Shown one piece after another: positions 26,404-32,000 of a stretch of DNA of 32,000 nt. Below the pieces are notes generated by a model that made no database searches, was not told the origin of the DNA, and saw only the letters and a list, made by a program, of their open reading frames with translations. Both the position numbers and the translations under genes were made by a program. This DNA is from Desulfotalea psychrophila LSv54. Lineage in GTDB: Bacteria > Desulfobacterota > Desulfobulbia > Desulfobulbales > Desulfocapsaceae. The stretch lies in NCBI RefSeq assembly GCF_000025945.1, contig NC_006138.1, forward strand, positions 2,880,001 through 2,912,000. Direction: 5' to 3'. Position 1 is the stretch's first letter; each line of letters starts with the position of its first letter.

Positions 26404-29223
26404 TTAGGCGTCCATCTCAAGGTCCATATCTTCCACAATAGCAAGACATCGGCTACAGAGCTGAGGATGTTCCACACTATCACCAACGGTCGTTGAACGA
26501 ATCCAACAACGATCACACTTAACCCCAGGGGCAAGTTTCACGGAAACGACAAGACCTTCAACCTCTTCACTGACATAGGCAGACTCTTCGGGTGCACCCT
26601 CTATCTCAGACATTGCTGAAACAATAGAGATCTCACGAAGATGTTGCCACTCAGCGTGGATAAACTCACCCAGCTCGCCCTCTCCCTTAACAAGCACCTC
26701 GGCCTCAAGAGAGTGACCGATAACCTTATCACGACGGGCAAGCTCAAGTGCCTTGGTCAACTCAGAACGAATCTTAATAAGTCGCTGCCAACGCGCCTCC
26801 TGCTCTGCATCAAACTGCGGATCGATGGCTACTGGAAAATCGGCAAAGAACACAGACTTCTCAAGAGAATCTTTCTCGCCAAGACTATACAGTGCATTCC
26901 AGGCATCCGCTGCGGTAAAGGAGAGAACGGGACTCATAAGACGAAGGAGGCCGTCGAGAATATCATAGAGCACTGTCTGCGAGGCACGACGGATAGTAGA
27001 ATCAGTTCCCTCCACATAGAGCCTATCCTTAATAATATCAAGATAGAAGGCGCTCATGGTTGTGCCACAGAAATAGTTCAAACTCTGATTAATCGCATGG
27101 AACTCATACTTATCATAGCTTTCGGTGATTTTTGCCCGAAGCTCTTCAAAACGGGCCAAGGCCCAACGATCAAGCTCCGACATCTCACTGACAGCAATAC
27201 GGTCCTTGCTTGGATCGAAATCGTTCAAGTTACCAAGAAAATATCGAATGGTGTTTCTGATCTTTCTGTAGGAATCAGACACCTGCTTCAAGATCTCTTT
27301 AGAGACCTTAACATCATCACGGTAATCTTCACTGGATACCCAGAGACGAAGGATCTCCGCACCGTACTCGTCGATAACTTCCTGAGGGGCAACAACATTA
27401 CCCACGGACTTAGACATCTTCTTGCCCTGACCATCAACCACATATCCATGGGTCAAAACACCCTTAAATGGTGCATAGCCACGGGTTCCGGTGGCGGTGA
27501 TCAGAGAGCTTTGGAACCAACCACGATGCTGATCACTGCCCTCAAGATAGAGGTCAGCAGGAGCGACAAGGTCGTCACGCAATTCACATACGGCGGCAAA
27601 GCTACTTCCTGAATCAAACCATACATCGAGGATATCCTCTTCCTTGATAAAGGTTGCACAACCACAGGTACAGACATGACCCTCTGGAAGAAAATCTTCG
27701 ACGGGATGACTAAACCAGGCATCAGCGCCCTCTTTCAGGAACAACTCATCAATCTTGGCAACCACTTCCTCACTCTTCACAACCTCGCCACAATCCTTAC
27801 AGCTGATTACGGTGAGAGGTACACCCCAAGTACGCTGGCGTGAGAGACACCAATCAGGACGGGATTCCACCATGGAGTGAATACGATTCATGCCCCAGCT
27901 TGGAGTCCAACTTACGCTCTCAATGTTTTTCAGTGCCTTCTTACGCAGGTCATTGTTCTCCATGGAGATAAACCACTGCGGGGTAGCACGATACATAACG
28001 GGTTTTCTGCAACGCCAGCAATGAGGATAGCTGTGGTTAATATCTTTCTTAAAAACAAGCAGGCCACTCTCGGCAAGATCGGCAATAATATCGCTGTTCA
28101 CCTCGGGTACCTGACGACCGGCATAGGGGCCGGCTTCCTTGGTGTAAATGCCGTCTCCATCCACAGGAGAGAGTACTTCGAGACCATAGCGAAGGCCGGT
28201 GGCATAATCATCTGCTCCGTGACCGGGGGCAGTATGGACACAACCGGTACCTGCCTCGGTGGTAACATAATCGGCGAAAACCAAACGAGAATCACGATCC
28301 ATAAAAGGATGACGACAGTTACGGTTTTCAAGCTTTTCTGCGGTGAAGGTTGATTTTATGGAATAGTCTTCAATTCCTACCTCCTGCATAAACTTCTCAA
28401 CAAGATCCTCTGCCAGAACCCATGTCTCCTCGCCTACAGCAACTGCGGCGTATTGAAACTTAGGGTGAAAGGCAACAGCGGTGTTCGACGGCAGGGTCCA
28501 GGGAGTGGTTGTCCAGATAACAACAAAGGTCTTATCACCGGCAAGGGCTGGATCAACATCGGAGAAATCCTCAATAACTGGGAATTTCACATAGATGGAG
28601 GGAGATGTATGGTCATGATACTCTACCTCTGCCTCGGCAAGGGCCGTGGTACAGGTAGAACACCAGTAGACAGGCTTACGATTCCGAACCACAGAACCGG
28701 AGAGCAAGAATTTATTAAACTCCCGAGCAATGGCTGCCTCATAGGAGTAATTAATGGTGAGATAAGGGTCTTCCCAATCACCAAGCACACCAAGACGCTT
28801 AAACTCAGGCTTCTGGGTTTTTATCCATTTATTAGCATACTTACGACAGGCAGCTCGCTTGGCAAGTATCGGGATAGTTTTCTTCTTCTCCTCACCAAGT
28901 TCTTTATCAACATTGTGTTCAATGGGCAGACCGTGACAATCCCAACCCGGAACATAGGGGGCATTAAAGCCGGAAGCTCTTTTGGAACGGAGAATAATAT
29001 CTTTTAAAATCTTATTAAACGCATGGCCAAGATGAATATGTCCATTGGCATATGGAGGACCATCGTGCAAAACAAATAGAGGACGATCCTGGGCCCGCTC
29101 CTGCAACATCTGATAGAGCCCTTCTTTCTCCCATCGTTTTAGGATCATAGGCTCTCTTTGTGCAAGATTAGCCTTCATTTTAAAATTTGTTTTAGGAAGA
29201 TTGAGACTATCCCTATAATCCAT
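26404..29223 (-). CDS. ileS: Isoleucine-tRNA ligase
   Basis: 939 aa with the HIGH-type motif [16 protein letters not shown], a CP1 editing region and a C-terminal Zn ribbon (CDRCW ... CSRC). SD AAGGAG lies 6 nt upstream of the ATG. Confidence 0.95.
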
Positions 29224-29300
29224 GTTGTTCTCCTTAGATTACTACGCTTTTAGCCACACTTATGGTCTTAAAAGAGCATATAATGATTATTAGTCTTATT

Positions 29301-29322
29301 GCCTTATAAAATTTTATAAGGC
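29301..29322. repeat. Perfect 22-bp palindrome in the ileS/ftsE divergent intergenic region
   Basis: GCCTTATAAAATTTTATAAGGC is its own reverse complement. It lies 78 nt upstream of the ileS start codon. Confidence 0.8.
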
Positions 29323-29665
29323 CAATCCTACAAAGATACCAATCTCAGCACCAGTTGGAAAGGATAAATGGAACACTATTCCATGATTTTTTTTAAATCT
29401 CATTTCATACAGTAAAAACCAGAGAAAGACAATATCCTAGCCCGGGGCCAAAATATAATTCAGACCTGTTTTTTTTTAGACCGGAACGTCCCTATCCAGA
29501 AAAACAGGCACATTATTTTGACAGGGCCATTTGATTTTACTACAATAAACAATAGTATAGACATGGTTCGTCCAGGAGGGTAAAAACACTCCCGGCCAAG
29601 GCCCTATTCCACTGTAATTATTTTATTTTAAAATATTCTAACGCAACAATAGGTAACATTATAGC

Positions 29666-30367
29666 ATGAGTCAAAGCTCAAACGATCCCGCAACAATGAT
29701 CGAAATGATCAAAGTTACCAAACAATACCCGCCCAATATAGCCGCCCTTCATGATATATCCATTTCTATTTCGGCCGGAGAAATGCTTTTTCTTATCGGC
29801 AGAAGCGGGGCCGGCAAAACCACCCTGCTCAAGCTCCTCTGTGGAATGGAGACCCCAAGCGCTGGCCTTATTGAGATAAATGGCACGGCAACCAACGATC
29901 TTCATGGTAATGCCCTGGCCAAACTTCGACAAAAAATCGGGGTGGCCTATCAGGATTTCCGCCTTCTTCTCAACCGAACCGTAGCGGAAAACATCGCCAT
30001 ATCAATGGAAGTTTCCTATAAAAAGCCACAGCTCATCCAAAAAAGAGTCAAAGACCTGCTCGAACAGTTAGACCTGAGCGATAAACACGATACCATAGCA
30101 GAAGAGCTCTCCCGAGGAGAACAACAGCGTATCACCCTTGCCCGTTCAGTGGCCAACTCACCCACCATGATCTTAGTGGATGAACCGACGGGAAACCTTG
30201 ACGCCACTACAACAACAAGAGTTATGGATCTCCTGAAAAAATCCAATAAGGCGGGAGCAACCATCGTCATTGCCACCCACGACTCCTCTCTTTACGACAA
30301 CACCTCACACAGGGTTTGTGAATTACGTCACGGCGAAATGTATTCCATCAATGGAGCTTTGCTATGA
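29666..30367 (+). CDS. ftsE: Cell division ABC transporter ATP-binding protein FtsE
   Basis: 233 aa with Walker A GRSGAGKTT, signature LSRGEQQR and Walker B ILVDEPTGNLD, followed by ftsX with an ATGA overlap. No clear SD is present, so the start could be an internal ATG (for example 29696). Confidence 0.88.
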   Translation: MSQSSNDPATMIEMIKVTKQYPPNIAALHDISISISAGEMLFLIGRSGAGKTTLLKLLCGMETPSAGLIEINGTATNDLHGNALAKLRQKIGVAYQDFRLLLNRTVAENIAISMEVSYKKPQLIQKRVKDLLEQLDLSDKHDTIAEELSRGEQQRITLARSVANSPTMILVDEPTGNLDATTTTRVMDLLKKSNKAGATIVIATHDSSLYDNTSHRVCELRHGEMYSINGALL

Positions 30368-31251
30368 GTTTTTTCCTCAGCGTTTCACGACAGGTTGGGC
30401 GCAACCTCAAACAGACTTGGGCCTCCCAGCTCATGACCCTGCTTACGGTCAGTCTCTCTGTGTTAATATTCGCATTTTTCTTTTTAACATACACTAACTT
30501 ACTCAATTTAGGAACAAAACTGGGCGACAATCTCACCCTCATCATCTACCTTGACGACGATCTCAGCCCCGAGTTGCAAGAGCAGTTTGCCACCAAAATC
30601 AACAAATTTGATCATACTGAAAAGATCAAATTTATCTCCCGTGAACAGGCCTTCAATCGATTCTCCCAGCAACTCGGTAGCAACAAAAATGTACTGGAGG
30701 CAATGCCCCATGATTTTTTACCGGCATCCATAGAGGTCACCCCCGTAAAGGGAATGCGCAGTATAAAGCAGGTAAAATTATTTTCAAACTACCTGAAACA
30801 ACTACCGGGGGCACTGAAAATTCAGTATGGTCAGGAGTGGGTTAATCGCTTTTTTTACTTCACCAACCTTCTCTCAATGGTGGTAATACTCAGCGGCATT
30901 CTCCTAATCATGACCACCTTCTTCATGGTGGCCTACACCATACGACTCACCATTCTTGGCCGTCAGGATGAGCTAGAGCTCCTCAAACTAGTGGGAGCTA
31001 CCAATAACTATATTCGCGCCCCATTCTTAACCGAGGGTGTGCTACAGGGCCTCTTAGGCTCTACGATTGGCCTCTTGAGCCTCTTTGTAATCTTCGAATG
31101 GATTTTAAACCATTTTTCCGAGCCCGGCATTCTCGCCATGACAGACTTCGCATTTTTCCCGGCAAAAACAGTTGCTATCATCGTCTCTGCCTCCATCTGC
31201 CTCTGTGCCATCGGTAGCTACAGTGCCATGCAAAAGCTCCTTCGTATCTGA
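30364..31251 (+). CDS. ftsX: Cell division permease-like protein FtsX
   Basis: 295 aa with one N-terminal TM, a periplasmic domain and three C-terminal TM segments. VGATNNYIRAPFLTEG matches the conserved FtsX motif. Translationally coupled to ftsE. Confidence 0.85.
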   Translation: MSFFLSVSRQVGRNLKQTWASQLMTLLTVSLSVLIFAFFFLTYTNLLNLGTKLGDNLTLIIYLDDDLSPELQEQFATKINKFDHTEKIKFISREQAFNRFSQQLGSNKNVLEAMPHDFLPASIEVTPVKGMRSIKQVKLFSNYLKQLPGALKIQYGQEWVNRFFYFTNLLSMVVILSGILLIMTTFFMVAYTIRLTILGRQDELELLKLVGATNNYIRAPFLTEGVLQGLLGSTIGLLSLFVIFEWILNHFSEPGILAMTDFAFFPAKTVAIIVSASICLCAIGSYSAMQKLLRI

Positions 31252-32000
31252 TGATATTACATATTATACAACTCAACAGATATCGTACCTCGGCAGCGGC
31301 AGGCCCTCAAGCCAGACACCTGCTTCTGGTGCTCAGCCTTCTATGCTTGCTAGCTAACATCATGCTCCTTCCTCTGGCAGCTGAGGCCACCGACCACCAG
31401 CCACTGCTGCAGGAAAAGAAAAAGCAAATAGAGACAAACCTAGACAGATTACAACGGGGTATCCGTAAACAGCAGGAGGCCATTATCACAGAGGATAGGC
31501 AAGAAACTGATATCCTGACTGAGCTTGAAACGCTCAATGAAAGAATTGGCAAAAAAGAGGTTAGAATTAATGCCCTGCAAGGGCAAATAATAGCACAAAA
31601 AAGAAAAACAGAGCTTAAAGAGAAGGCCCTCCTCACCCTGCACAGGCAAAACAGTTCCCTGAGAACTCAACTGGCAAAGAGGATCAGAGCCTATTACATG
31701 ACAGGCCAGATAGGCTTCTTAAACATCGCCTTTTCGGCCAAATCCTTCTCAGAGCTCCTCTCCTTCCGGGACTCCTTTGACGTTCTTATTCACTATGACG
31801 AAGAGTTACTCAACAACTACAGCAGGGCAATAAAAAAACTCAAATCAAGTAAAAAGGCGCTACTGCTGGAGCAGGAAATCCTGCAATCCTTCTTTACCGA
31901 GGTCGGCCAAGAGAAGCAGGAGGCCCAGGCAGATAAAGATAAAAAGGAGACCATCCTGGCAAGAACCAGGACCCAGAAACAGCTGCATGCGGAAGCCGTA
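31251..32000 (+). CDS. EnvC-like murein hydrolase activator (coiled-coil N-terminal part). The 3' end lies beyond the window.
   Basis: Absent from the ORF track because it runs off the edge. The ATG at 31251 overlaps the ftsX stop (TGATG). My translation reads MILHIIQLNRYRTSAAAGPQARHLLLVLSLLCLLANIMLLPLAAEA, followed by about 200 aa of K/E/Q-rich heptad-like sequence, open in frame to base 32000 (250 codons). The ftsE-ftsX-envC order is well known. The M23 domain is not visible. Confidence 0.6.
   Translation, partial: MILHIIQLNRYRTSAAAGPQARHLLLVLSLLCLLANIMLLPLAAEATDHQPLLQEKKKQIETNLDRLQRGIRKQQEAIITEDRQETDILTELETLNERIGKKEVRINALQGQIIAQKRKTELKEKALLTLHRQNSSLRTQLAKRIRAYYMTGQIGFLNIAFSAKSFSELLSFRDSFDVLIHYDEELLNNYSRAIKKLKSSKKALLLEQEILQSFFTEVGQEKQEAQADKDKKETILARTRTQKQLHAEAV

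Noticed and set aside
1-32000. A search for mobile elements, defence islands, toxin-antitoxin pairs, prophage remnants or biosynthetic gene clusters.
   Set aside because: Every ORF above about 200 aa is accounted for by a housekeeping family. I noticed no abrupt compositional shift apart from AT-rich intergenic regions, and no terminal inverted repeats or integrase/transposase motifs.

Overview
This window looks like a core, housekeeping chromosomal segment, about 45-50% GC by eye. The gene content resembles a sulfate-reducer-type Deltaproteobacterium, but that taxonomic guess is inference only. I see no transposase, integrase, phage, CRISPR, toxin-antitoxin or recognisable defence genes, and I cannot support a novel multi-gene system here.

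Gene content, left to right:
- A partial GTDC1/DUF3524-like glycosyltransferase with a YkgJ-type Cys-cluster protein (minus strand).
- ppsR and a YchJ-like SEC-C protein (plus strand).
- A three-subunit xanthine-dehydrogenase-family molybdoenzyme, ordered FAD, 2Fe-2S, Moco (minus strand).
- purM (plus strand).
- A 1.35 kb tandem array of six tRNA-Val(TAC)/tRNA-Asp(GTC) pairs (minus strand).
- lon, clpX, clpP and tig in classical synteny, then mgtE (minus strand).
- A TPR-methyltransferase fusion (plus strand).
- A long co-directional minus-strand block: ileS-lspA-fabD-bioB-bioA-bioF-bioG(DUF452)-bioC-bioD, a 72-aa Cys protein and a DUF2065 protein.
- ftsE, ftsX and the 5' part of an EnvC-like gene (plus strand).

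Most unusual observations:
1. The sixfold Val/Asp tRNA amplification, with homopolymer-length variation and one D-loop SNP.
2. A 44-48 bp tandem repeat block in the non-coding gap next to the array.
3. A bacterial homolog of the vertebrate tRNA-Asp queuosine mannosyltransferase, coupled to a Cys-cluster protein.
4. fabD and two small ORFs appended to a BioC/BioG-type biotin operon.
5. Two oversized intergenic regions, 6117-6660 and 29224-29665, with a GC-rich island and a perfect 22-bp palindrome respectively.

All homology calls come from motif recognition by eye. No searches were run.
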